DNA from: Aplysia californica
Lineage: Eukaryota
Assembly (NCBI RefSeq): GCF_000002075.1
Contig: NW_004798544.1
Span: 1 to 64,000 of the forward strand
Reading direction: 5' to 3'
Length of the DNA: 64,000 bases
Shown here: one piece after another, positions 49,001-61,000 of the stretch
How the letters are laid out: each line of letters opens with the position of its first letter
Numbering within the stretch: the stretch's first letter is position 1
Position numbers and translations under genes: made by a program
The notes under the pieces: model-generated
Told to the model about the DNA's origin: nothing
Seen by the model: only the letters and a program-made list of their open reading frames with translations
The model's database searches: none

Positions 49001-52000
49001 GGACCAGTGTCTGTGGTGTTTAGATTTGGCTTTACTTCAACTTGTTGCGAAACATGTGAGTATTCCACACTGCCTGGGCAGGCTGTGTCAGCTTCTCCAT
49101 GTGAATTGTTAGTTTGAGACATATATCAGTGATGTGCTTTTTTCATGTGAGGGTGGTAATCATTTTAGGGACATGGATGGAAGAAGTGATTTTCCTTCCT
49201 TGCAAAAGTAAGAGGACTTTTTCAGATTATTTTGATTTCCTCCATGTCTCCAGTAGTCAAGATAATTTTGATTTTCTTCATTTCTCCAGTAAGTACATAC
49301 ATGTACTTTTGTCTATTACTTTGGAACTTTGATTAATGCTCTGTTTACTTTATTTAAATACCTTACCACTTTGATAATGCCACTTTCAGAGCATGCTGGG
49401 CATGCACACATTACTTACGCTGCCATCGAAAGAAGTCAGGAGGGGAGCTATGCCATTAAACCCTTGAAACAGAAACAGGTTGTGGATGGTCTCAGTTACC
49501 TACTACAGGAGATTTACGGCATAGAGAACAAGAACATGGAAAGAATGAAGGTGAAGTATTGTTTATTGAAAGCTTTCTCAAATAAGTCATCTCTTCAGAG
49601 TAAACCGGTACCTTTTCAAAAAAAAGGTACCATGAAATAACAGGAAAAGAATTTCCTCAGGATTTCTGTTGTTTTTTTTGGGTTTTTTTAAATAAATAGA
49701 AAAGGGTTAATTTGTAAATGTCTTATTTGATACAGTAGTAGGCATAATTGATTTTGGCAAGAAAGAACGGGAACTTGAAACGGGAAAGCCAGAGTGTGGT
49801 GTGTAGGCCTTCTGTTCAATGTTCATGGAACTGACAGACTACAGCATGCCGGTGAAAGCATGATTTTGTCTTTCAAGTAGGACTCTTATCGGTTGGTCTC
49901 AGGGTTAAAAAAACAAACGAACCCCAGTATATGTTCAAAAAAAAAGTTGTACCTCAAGATGCTGACTATTTTCCTGACCATGCAATGTCTGCTGAGATCC
50001 AGTTTACTTACATTACACCTCCAATTACCCATCAGTGCTCTGCTTATAGAATTTGTATCTAATGACAACAAGGACGATGGACAGCTAGATTCCTTCTTGG
50101 ATCTCATGAAGACTCAAGCAGAAGAAAATTTGGGAACGGCAATGATTTTCACCCTTATTTCTGGTGTGCAAGAACGCATGACTGATCTGATGGAGAAAGC
50201 AGCGAAAGACAAGGAGGAAGCAGAGGAAAGACGAGTGAGGGAAGAGGAGGAAGCAGAAAGAAAATGATGTGAAGGCCCAAGAGTAACAGTGGAAACATTC
50301 ATGGCATGGAAATTGAAATTTGATGCTGAAATAGCAGAAATGAGAAGACTGAAAGGCTATGATGACAGTGCTGCGAAAAAGCCTACTGGTAAAGCACTGT
50401 TCCTATCTGATAACACCATGAATGATTCTGGCGTGAAATTCCTTCATGCTGAGGGGGACACATTGGAAGTTCACGAATCTTTGTTTGAAAACATTGGTGG
50501 TCTTGATTTCGATGATGATTTTTATGATGATGACGATGATGATCCAGACTATAAACCAGGGGATGATGATTGGTGTCCCTTCTGACGAATATGGAGCCAG
50601 TGAATAGTGGTGATAGGATAATGTGAATGTGTGAAAAGTAAAGAAATCGTTTGAAAGTTGTAATGACTGCACACAAATGTGAAATATTTGAGACATTGTC
50701 TTCTTTGTGCGAATGTTGATTGAGCATTTATTTTGAATACAGCATTTGGGTCTTGTCATGAGAAATGTAAACTGTCCCTTTTGAGTATGTATGGATGCTA
50801 CTGAGTGAGAAATTGTCTTAAACAAAGAAATATGTTACTTGTGGAAGGTACTGGGCATAGAATTAATGTGTCAAAGAAACATGTTTTTGTTGCCAAAAAG
50901 CTTTTGGTTCTGCTACTTTTGTTTTGACACATGGTAACAGCTGAGGAGCAGTTATACTACACTATAACCGTCCCACTTGATGTAATTGTGTTCATTGTTA
51001 TATCGCTACCCTAAAATTACACAATTTTATCTGCTCGGTACCTAGTTTTTAGAAATCTGATGTAAAAGAATTTGAGTTCCACACCATTTTTTCGAATGCA
51101 GTTCTTTGAATATCTTGACAGCGACTTGGAATAATCTTACAATTTTCATAGAGCAGATAGAACATTTGATTTCTGATGTCATGGTCTTTGGAACTCAAAG
51201 TGGCCAAAAAGTTTCAGATACAACTTTGTAATTCTGACGTAACGATAATGTAATCTGTTATAACTTGGGCGTCCCTGTTTTGATTTTGCAAATATTGGCC
51301 AGCCTGGTTTTTAGAAGAAAATGGTAAAGCTAACTTAGCTTAATGATTTTTGAGCGGAAGGATAGAATTGAAAATTTACTGGCTTTTTTTTGTTGCATCC
51401 ACAGGATGTTGATCCTGATGATGAGGTGGAAGATAGTGGTGCAGAGTGTGTTATCTGCATGTCTGACATGCGTGACACGCTCATATTGCCATGTCGACAT
51501 CTGTGTCTGTGCAGCAGCTGTGCTGACTCTCTGCGCTACCAGGCCAGTATGTGTCCAATTTGCAGGGTCAAGTTCAGAGCTCTGCTGCAGATCAGGGCCA
51601 TGAGGAAGAAAGTTGCTCCAACATCGACAAATTCTCCACAGGTTTGTTTTCTTATCACCGTCAAAGTAGGTTGAAGAGAAATAAATAAATCATCAGTTCA
51701 CCATGTGAAGGTGCTATGTTTTCACTCTCTCATTGTTTTAAGACTTATAAATGGTGTGCTGTTTGCTGGGTTGATGAGACACTGGAGTGTGAGACTGACC
51801 GGAGTGAAAATCTGTTTCTGAAACTAATTTAGACATTTGGTGACTGGATCAGAGACATTGCATTGTTGTTGAGACATTTGTGTCAGGATGTGGTGGAATC
51901 AGGCACTCGTCATTTGGTTATATAGAGTTATTAGTACGATCGTATCATCTTAAAGATTGTTTGTGAGTGGTTGGCGGTTGCTCGGGTGTGGTTTGCTCCT

Positions 52001-55000
52001 TCTTTCCTATCAAACATCTATCGTCCTTATCTCCCCTTGTTCTTTTTTATGTTTGTTACTCTCTTGTAACACCTCTAATCTTCTGGCGCTCTTATGACCT
52101 TATGCAGTTGTGAGCGCCGTAAAACCTCTACTAAAACTAAAAGTTTGTTTGTCTTGTTTGTGTTGAAAAAAACCCCCACCCATCTATCTTGAATGGAAGT
52201 TGAGATATTTGCGATTGAAGGAAGTGGGGGTCACCTGATGTTTGAAGTAAAATAAGTGAGAAAATGGCCGCCAAAGTTTGATGACTTTCAAAGCTTGAAT
52301 GTCCTGGAAAACTGCATGTTTGCAATTTTTGTGCCTTTGATCAACGTTTTCAGAACTATTTACACAGAAATGCGTTTTTGAATAGATGTAAAAGGTGTTG
52401 AGCTGAAAAAAGAAAAATATTTTTTAAATTTGCCCAAGGGCCAGAAAAATACTGGCTTCTTTGATTTAATTATTTTGACAAGCGCCTGATTTCACTGCAA
52501 TGCTTCACATTTGACAGTATTTCAGTGAGGGACACTTGACTGTTGGAACCTTTTTAATCACTTTCAGTCAGGCTGACTTCTGCCTTGTGGGTGGTTGGCG
52601 GGTGTTCTGATGTGGTTTGCTCCTTCTTTCCTACCAAACATCTATCGTCGTGATCTCTCCTCCTTCTTTTTTTGTGTTTGTTTTTCTCTTGTAACACCTC
52701 TAATCTTCGGCACTTATATGACCTTATTGTGTTGCAAGTGCCGTAAAACTCTTACTTAAACAAAAATGACTTCTGCCTAGCCGTATTTTCCTTTTCAGTC
52801 TTTGTAAAGTGTGAAAAATCTGAATACTTGTCATCTTGTTTTGCAGTCTGATTCTGAAGACAATCCTGTGAATCAAGAAGGTGTACCTCAAGGGTATGAA
52901 GCAATATCTCTGATAGAAGCTCTCAATGGACAAGTTGTTCCTCCTATCAGTAACGAAGGTAACAGTGGCATTGTCTCTGTCCTTTTCAAAAGCTGATTTT
53001 AATGCAAAGAAAGTGTGGGGCAAATTTTGTTGTGTTTTGAACATTATTTTCTAATTTTTTAAAATTGCTTTGTACTTTTTGTCGTTTTCTAAATGATTTA
53101 GAGAAACATAAAGATTGATGAGTATCCCGTCAATTTTTTTTTTGAAGATTCTTTAAAGAGATTACATGTGGGTGGTTGGCGGGTGCTCTGGTGTGGTTTT
53201 CTCCTTCTTTCGTATTTAAACATCTATTGTCCTTAGATCTCTCTTCCTCCTTTTATGTGTATGTTACTCTCTTGTAATACATCTATCCTTCTGCACTTAT
53301 ATGACCTTATTGTGTTGCAAGTGCCGTGAAACTCTTACTAAAACGATTATATCTTGTAATACCATATAAATGAAAATTGAGAGATTTAAATTAATTTTGT
53401 TTTATTGTTTTCTTGTACTTTCAATCTCCCTAGTTGTGAACTTACTTTATTGAAAATTGTCCGTACTCAATGATGTGTAATGAAAAGGTACTTTTCTCTG
53501 GAAACAGGCGTCCACCTGCAGATATCTGGACCACCTTCTATGTTCTCAGTGGAAAAGAAGGGCCAGAAGGACAATAAGTGAGTGATATTATCTCTGTCAC
53601 TTCCTTCTTCCTCTTCTGCATTTTTTTCCACTATCTTACACCACAACCGACTACCTCTTGGGATCTGAGGGAATTTTTGGTACTCACCATGGAACTATGA
53701 TGTTTTGCAGTTTGGTTGCCCCACATTTTGCTGGGAAAGTGTGTAACCTTACAAAAGATAAAAAGAAGCTGCTTAAAAACGAAAAGAAACATGAAGTAAC
53801 GCAGAAACAAAATCTAAGTTAAAAGGGAGTCTCAGTTTTGGATGCCTTTGAAAGAGTATGTACACAAATATTCGGCAACTATAATTATGATCTTTTTGTG
53901 TTGCAAGTGCCGTAAAACACTTACTAAAACAAGAACCCATATATTTGGGGTTTTTTTTTTCAAAATTAGTTTCATTTTTTTGTTCTGATAATCCAAGTGA
54001 TGAAGAGGACCTAAGAAGAAGATAAATCTTTCAAAAGAGATTTTTCAAATTAATTTTTTAAGCAATGAGATGACTATTGTGTATTGTTGTTTTTATAATA
54101 TTGCTTATGTTTAAAAATCTAAATTTTAAAGGTCTAGTATACAAATGTTCTAATATGTATGTATGTCAGTTGTGTCTGTAGTTTATTTCTGTAAGAGTGT
54201 CATCAAGCACCTTTGGTTGATTTTAAGTACTGTACAGACTAATTATGATGATTATTTTTTCTTATTATTAGCACACTTTCTTTCACGCTCTTCAGGTATT
54301 TTAAAAAACTTTTTTCCTCCAGGATCACTGTGTCAGGACCTATTGAGTATCAAAAAGAAATGGACACAGATAAAGAAAGCAGTAAGGGTACGCTTGAGAA
54401 GAAAAAAGATGTTGACAAGGTATGTATGCTTTTGTTTTGCAACAATGGTATTAACTCCTGTTGGCCAGAATGACACAGAGTATGTCATTATCACTTCATC
54501 CCGTCCACCAAATCCATGTCAATAATACTGATTATGCTGGTCATCTTAGAAATACAATGGGTGTCGCATTCCATGAGGTTGCCGAGACCGGCTTGTTGTC
54601 CTCGTTAGATCCGACTAAAGAAAAGAAAGGAGGCAAGTTATTACACGATGTACCAATATCAGTTATTAAAACAGTTGTTCCCCCTGATGACGAAAATCTC
54701 AAACAGCATCAGTGTGCGCGTGTTTGAGCTGTGTTCTGACGGTCATTTCTGCATTTTAAAATATTTTTTTCACGGAACACTTTTCATGTGGAAACATACC
54801 CTCTCTCATCTAGGCCTAGTGGCGGGATCTTGGATTTTCTGATCAGGGGAAGCAAAGAAAATTGAAAAAAATGGTCTCGGTCTAGACCTACCCATCCAGA
54901 GTTCTTCCAGTTTCACACAGCCTACATCGCGTTCCCATCCACCCTCTCCCACCCCTACCGTAGGCCAACCCTCGCCCATCCTCTTGGCTTTGGGGTCCAT

Positions 55001-58000
55001 ATTAAGAGGCACACTAGATCTAGCAATACAATGTGATAGGAATTGAGGATAGGCTTTGTGTTTCACGTGAGATAGAGAGAAAGGAGAAAAAGTTTCGCTT
55101 TTGTGGCCACTAATTCACGGCTGTTCAGTTTTACTATCCTTGCGGAGCACTTAGTTTGACCCGTCCGCTGACCTCCTGGGGTCATAAATCCCCCCTGACA
55201 GTCGGGCCACGCGTCGCTTCCTGGGCGATAGCGCTGTTAGCCGATTTCAGTTGGAAAGTCTGTCATTTTCACTTGATTTAGACCCCTGTAAATGTCCTCT
55301 CTTATCTATCACTATGGGTGTGTGAGGTATCAAATAAAAGCTCAGATTCTCCCCAATAACATGCACCCTTTAGTTTGGTTCTAGTTGTAATCGCGTACAC
55401 ACACTGCCTCTGTACTTAACCCTACCTTGTGGTGCATGTATTTCTCGGATTGCTACAAAAATCAGGGTTTTTTTTCATTCGTGAACTTCAGATTGTAACT
55501 AGTTTTTTATCTGCTGTATTAAGAGTCAGTAAGGGGGTTATTTGTGAAAAAATTGTTTTGATTGGTTGAAAAACTTTAGCAGAACAGCGAGTTTTGTTAC
55601 TTCACCCCGTAATATTTTCCCGGCCGCCGCGCTGCCCGTACGGTATTCACCCGAGGTCCCGCTTTCACTTTCTGGGATTCTGTGTCGACACATATTACGA
55701 GAGTTTGCTACCAGAGTGAAAACGGAACGCACGCGGGAACTACACCTTGAGTGTTTTAAAAGTTGTGTAGAACGTGCGAGGACAAAAGTCAAAAGGTTAA
55801 GAAGGCAAACTAGAGAAAATATTTTTGTGTAAATTTTAAGAATGACGTATTCGATTCTCGTTCTCTATCATGTGAACGTGGACTGGGATAGTGCAGACAC
55901 ACATCCTGTACACTGTGCAACAAATGTGTAGATCTACAGCGCATTTAAACCTTAAAGATTTGAGAAGCAACCCTAGCTGCAGCACGAAAAAGTATTGAAG
56001 AAAGTTCACACATCTGGACACCTTTCGATCAAAATAAAACAGTAGATGCTTGCTCTGTGTGTTTCCTTTGCACACTTCAAAATAAAGGTTGTATTAGAAA
56101 AGTACATCAAACACCGTCTTGCCCAAAAGACCCACCAGAGCCTCCATCTGTTGAAACACCGACCCATGTAATTGTAGCAGACAAACAATCACATGAAAGT
56201 ACTCAACAGACATCCATAGATCTAATAGATCAATCATCACTAGAAATATCACCAGTGAATTCCCCACACAGAGATCTAACCCTTGAGACACCAGCCGCGA
56301 CTTCAACATCCAAACGTACACAGAAAGAGTTCAAAGACAGTGCAACATCTCCTTTCACACAGTTTAAAGACACATCACTAGAGCATGCACTTCAGAGACT
56401 TATTACACTACCATTGTCTCATTTAGAAGAAACACTCGCTACACAAATGACACACAGAAAACGTTACTCCTCGGCAGAGAAAAGGAAGGTACAGTTGATT
56501 TGGATATGGCCTAGATCTAGGTTTAATGAGCGAGGAGGGTGGCGAACTTGTTCACTTCAGCATCGCAAAACTGGAGAAGAGAACAGTGGGAATTAAGGGA
56601 AAAGGGAAGCAGTTGAAAGCTGTTACTGAAGGGAAAGAAGAGGAAGACAACTAGCCTTTGAACTCAAAGACACTTTTGCATTTATTGTTATGAGTATTCA
56701 TATTTGTGTTTGTGAAAATGAAAGCAGCTCTAGCTGTGGGAAGACAATGAGGAAACTCCCGTTTCACGAATAAGATAGCAGTGAACCTTCTACGAGTTAA
56801 CTATTTCTGCTTGAACTGGGAGGAGACAACGAAAAATCTCTCGTTTCATGAGCTGGACAGTAGTAAATCTTCTACAATTTCCACGTTTCTGAACCAATCG
56901 ATCCAAAAATAAGTGTTTCTGAAAGCTTATCATGTCACTGTTGTATACCACTGATTGTTTTATAGATCTGGGGTTCACATTTTAAAATATCGTAATTTTA
57001 AAAAGTAGACCCATGTAAAAATTTCCCTCAAAGTTGCCCCTAATTGCGCCATGTTTTAAAGGGTGCCCAGCTATGAATATCAATAAAAAGTTATTTGCTG
57101 TAAAGCTCAAGAATGCCTCTATCTGTTGATAGTATTTTGACTTTGATTTATCTGTGGGCAAAGCCACGATGACGATATTAAACTGTATAAAAATTGTTAA
57201 GTTACAACAGTTCACTCATCCAACAAAGGTCAAAGTGACCTCCCTGACCACCCGGGCGCGGCATGGCTGACCGGGTCAATTTCTCAGGTAACTAAATGCT
57301 CCGCTCGGGAACAGATGTAAATTCCTTTTATTTGGTTATCGCAACCTCTTTGAAAGCGACTTCGGTCTGTTTGCTGCCTCGTTGGAGCTGTCGTACATTT
57401 ACAAAGAGATAATATAGAGGAAAAATCGGGGATAAAGGATTGCCTCGTTGGAGCCGACTTCTCGTTGAATGTAACTTCGTTGAAAGCGACACCCACTGTA
57501 GACCTGATGATATTTCCTTACTTTATCAGAATTTGAAGGTATATTTTTCAAGTGGTAGTGCGTTGTGTTACCAACAATTTTGGATCTTTAGTCCGAGTTA
57601 CTTTCCAAAGTAAGTAGGCCTATGTTGATTAAATTCCTGTGCAATACATCGGCTTTTTCTGCATTTAATCTCACTATCTGCTTCCCTGATATTGCCAATG
57701 GTTAATTTTTTGGCATGGTAAATAAAGTCAATCTTAATGCAAAATTATCAGTGAAACAAATTTTTACACAAATTCTGAATGACTCCACATGTTTAATTCT
57801 GGCTGTTCAGGAAAATCCATTGATTTAATCCTGGCTGATAGGGCTTTCATATATATATATATATATATTTGAGTTTACTTTTATTAGTTCTCTGGAACAA
57901 AGACAGAATAAGAAAGCCTCTTAAAACAGTTGATTAAATATTGTCTGATTATACTCATTATGCCCTTTTCTTATTTATAGAATCTGCGTGTCTCTTGTGA

Positions 58001-61000
58001 GTTTTGTACGTTTGACTTTTATGAGTGGGTGGTTGGCGGGTGCTCTGGTGTGGTTTGCACCTATTTTCCTATTAAACATTTATCGTCCTTATCTCTTCTC
58101 CTTCTTTTTTGGGTTGGTTATTCTTCTGTAAGACCTAATCTTCCGCACTTTTACACCCTAATTGTGTTGTTAGTTCCGTTAAACTCCTACTAAGATAAAA
58201 AGACTTTCACTTTGACAGTGCTCTTTTATTTATTCTTTGAGTGGCCCAAGTATCCCCATATTGGGGTAACTTTGGCCACCATGTGTTTTTTTTTTTTTTT
58301 AAAGATGTTACAGCTAGTATCAATGCATAGTTTTAAAAATATTTTCAACCAGGGGGCCCTCTGAGGCCATGGTTTGAAATGAAAACAGAGCTTTTACAAG
58401 CTGTGGTTCAGAGATTACATGCTTTGTAATCTGAAAAGTAGATCAAAGCTACCCATTTTTACAGTAATCAGTGTTTTTGTTGCTATGTTTTCTACAATCG
58501 AGCTAACAGCCAAACTCTTTTGGTTTGTGTTCAGGTCTTGTACACAACAGATGTGACTTCTACTGAGGCAAACTCTGATGCCACTCCAGATGAAGTTGCT
58601 CCTCGCCCTGTTGTGAAGGACTCGGCCCCTTCGCCTCTCAAGTCAACCGTTGTTACTGTCAGGTGAGTAGATCAGCATGCCTTTTTCATATCCAATTGTG
58701 GAAATATTTTCACAGCTTTTCGGTCGCTTTTGCTGCTGAGGATATTTTTTTTAAAACCCATGTTCATGGGTGTTAATGCCTTGTGCCATTATGTGCCTGA
58801 AGTAAATATGCCATTTTGTAAGCAATCATGAAATTTTGGAGAATCATTTGAATGTCCATTGCTCATAGACTAAGTAGTCAAGACATTTTGTAGGAATTTT
58901 TCTTTGCATCATATTGCATGGGTCCAGTACATTTAAAACATATTTCTTATTTCCAGGTGCTCCCCTGATGGCTCAATTACTACAGAGACAAAGATATCTC
59001 CTGTGAGAGAAACTGAGCTCATTCCAGCAAAGCCCGCCCAGAGACCCACCGAGGTAAAAAAGTTGTCGACAGCTCCATGATGTATCTTTTTTTGCATTTC
59101 ACTGTCAGTTGGTGTGCACTCTCATGTTGTCTGCTCTGTCTATTTCTTTCCAAGGTTGCTTTTGTCCTTCTATGTTCCTGGCTACACAGGCCCCTGCAGC
59201 CCTTTATTGTGCAGACTTGCCATTAACTTCAACCAGACCACTACAACTTTATGCCCGCCTGTTTTTTTTAGTCTCATGTGTGTCTTCTTATTATGTTGCT
59301 CTTTAACACTTCCTTATGTGTGATTAATGAGAGTATGTGTCTCTTGAGATATCTGGTGTTGTAGATGTGAAAGTCTAAAATTAAATCTTTTTACTCCCAT
59401 CTTAGTGTTAGTATGTACTGCAGCTGCCTCATATACGATGGTAGTAGTTTAGGATTTTTTAAACTTTCGATTATAATGCCAACGATTAGGGGGTGTTCAG
59501 AATTGGAATGTTGTTCAACACCTTAGTGACTAACCATTCTGTGGCTGGCAGGTTGGTCAGGACTATTGCTATCACCTATGCTGTCTGAGAAAAAAGTATA
59601 CCTGTGACTAAGATTGAAATCCTTGTTGTTCCAACACACCAATGCCAAGCAAATGAGCTGACATGTGTTTATTTCTATTTAGAAAATATGAAGAGAACTT
59701 GTACCTTTATTCTAAGAAAGTTGGAGTGGTTTGTTTTACAGGCCTTGTTCTAATGACTTATTCTTGTTACTGGTCTCGAAGGGAGAGGAGTACCTCATCT
59801 ACAGTGACTTGGATGTTAGTGTCACTTTATTATTTGTGTTGGCCTAGATGAGTTTAAGTGTAGACCTGCTTCATTGTGACTAACCAGTTGTGTGTGTGAA
59901 ATAGTTGGCGGGTGCTCTGGTGTGGTTTGCTCCTTTTTTCCTATCAAACGTCTGTCGTCCATATCTCTCCTCTTACTTTTCTTTGTTTTGTATCTCTTTC
60001 ACCACCTCTAATCTTCGGCGCTCACATGACGTATTTGTGTTGCAAGTGCTATAAAACTCTTATTAAAACTAAATTTAACCAATAATTGTGTGAACGAGAA
60101 GCATTTTCTAATGTTCATGTTTTATTTTTTTTATTCTCTTTCTTCTCAGGCTCAACGAGGAGCATTCAAGACAAACATAGACATAGGTAGATTAACCTGT
60201 GGTCTGTCGACCGGAGACATGGCTGATGATGAACGTGAGGACAGCTCTGAACCAGAACCAGAACCAGATTTTGAGGAACATGACAGTGGTTAGAAATGAT
60301 TTCTTTTTTACATTCATTTATTGGTATAGTATTTGTTTTATACTTTGCAGTTTTTCTCTTTGACAGTGCTAAATTGATCGTTTGACTGCTTAGTGTAAGA
60401 CTCTGGCGTATGCCATTTTGAAAAGTGATTATACATGTATGACTTTGTCTTATACTGAGCAGTCGATTTGAACACTGCTAATAGGTGTATATAAAGACTG
60501 TAAGGATGCTTTTTTTTCTCTCTTAACAGGTACTGACTATGTTTTAATGAACAATTTTCCTGCATTTATCCTCATTCTGATCAGTTGCCTCTGATTAGGG
60601 TTCTTGCCCTGGAAACTAATAACGATAGACTAATCGCTATTAATTTGGTAGGGGAAAACTTGTGCTTCAGATTGGTGTATGGCTGAAAGTATGTAATGTG
60701 ACTGCTCCCGAAAGTGATTTGATTTACATAGAGAAGAGCAATGGATATCTACAAACAGAATAAGGGAGAAAAGGTTTTTCAGTTTTAAGAGGTCTGGCAT
60801 TTAATGAAAACCAAAATTGTAGCAATGATTTTTACATGAATTTGTTTTTGGGATGTACTGCAACTGTGATAGCAGTTATGCTAAACAAATTTCATGCTCA
60901 AACTTTGCAGGTTTGATTTTGTAGTTTACGTAGTAGTCATCATTTTCTGACTAACGGTATTTTAATCATTAAAATTTTACTGGAATAACCTATGGCCTGC

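Noticed and set aside
48832-49122. 96-aa minus-strand ORF in MGRN1 intron 6
   Set aside because: No recognisable domain; it abuts transposon debris and is probably a TE C-terminal remnant
50265-50270. TGA-TGT in the RWDD1 copy as selenocysteine or readthrough
   Set aside because: The position is not a Cys/Sec site in RWDD1, independent frameshifts show decay, and no SECIS was recognised
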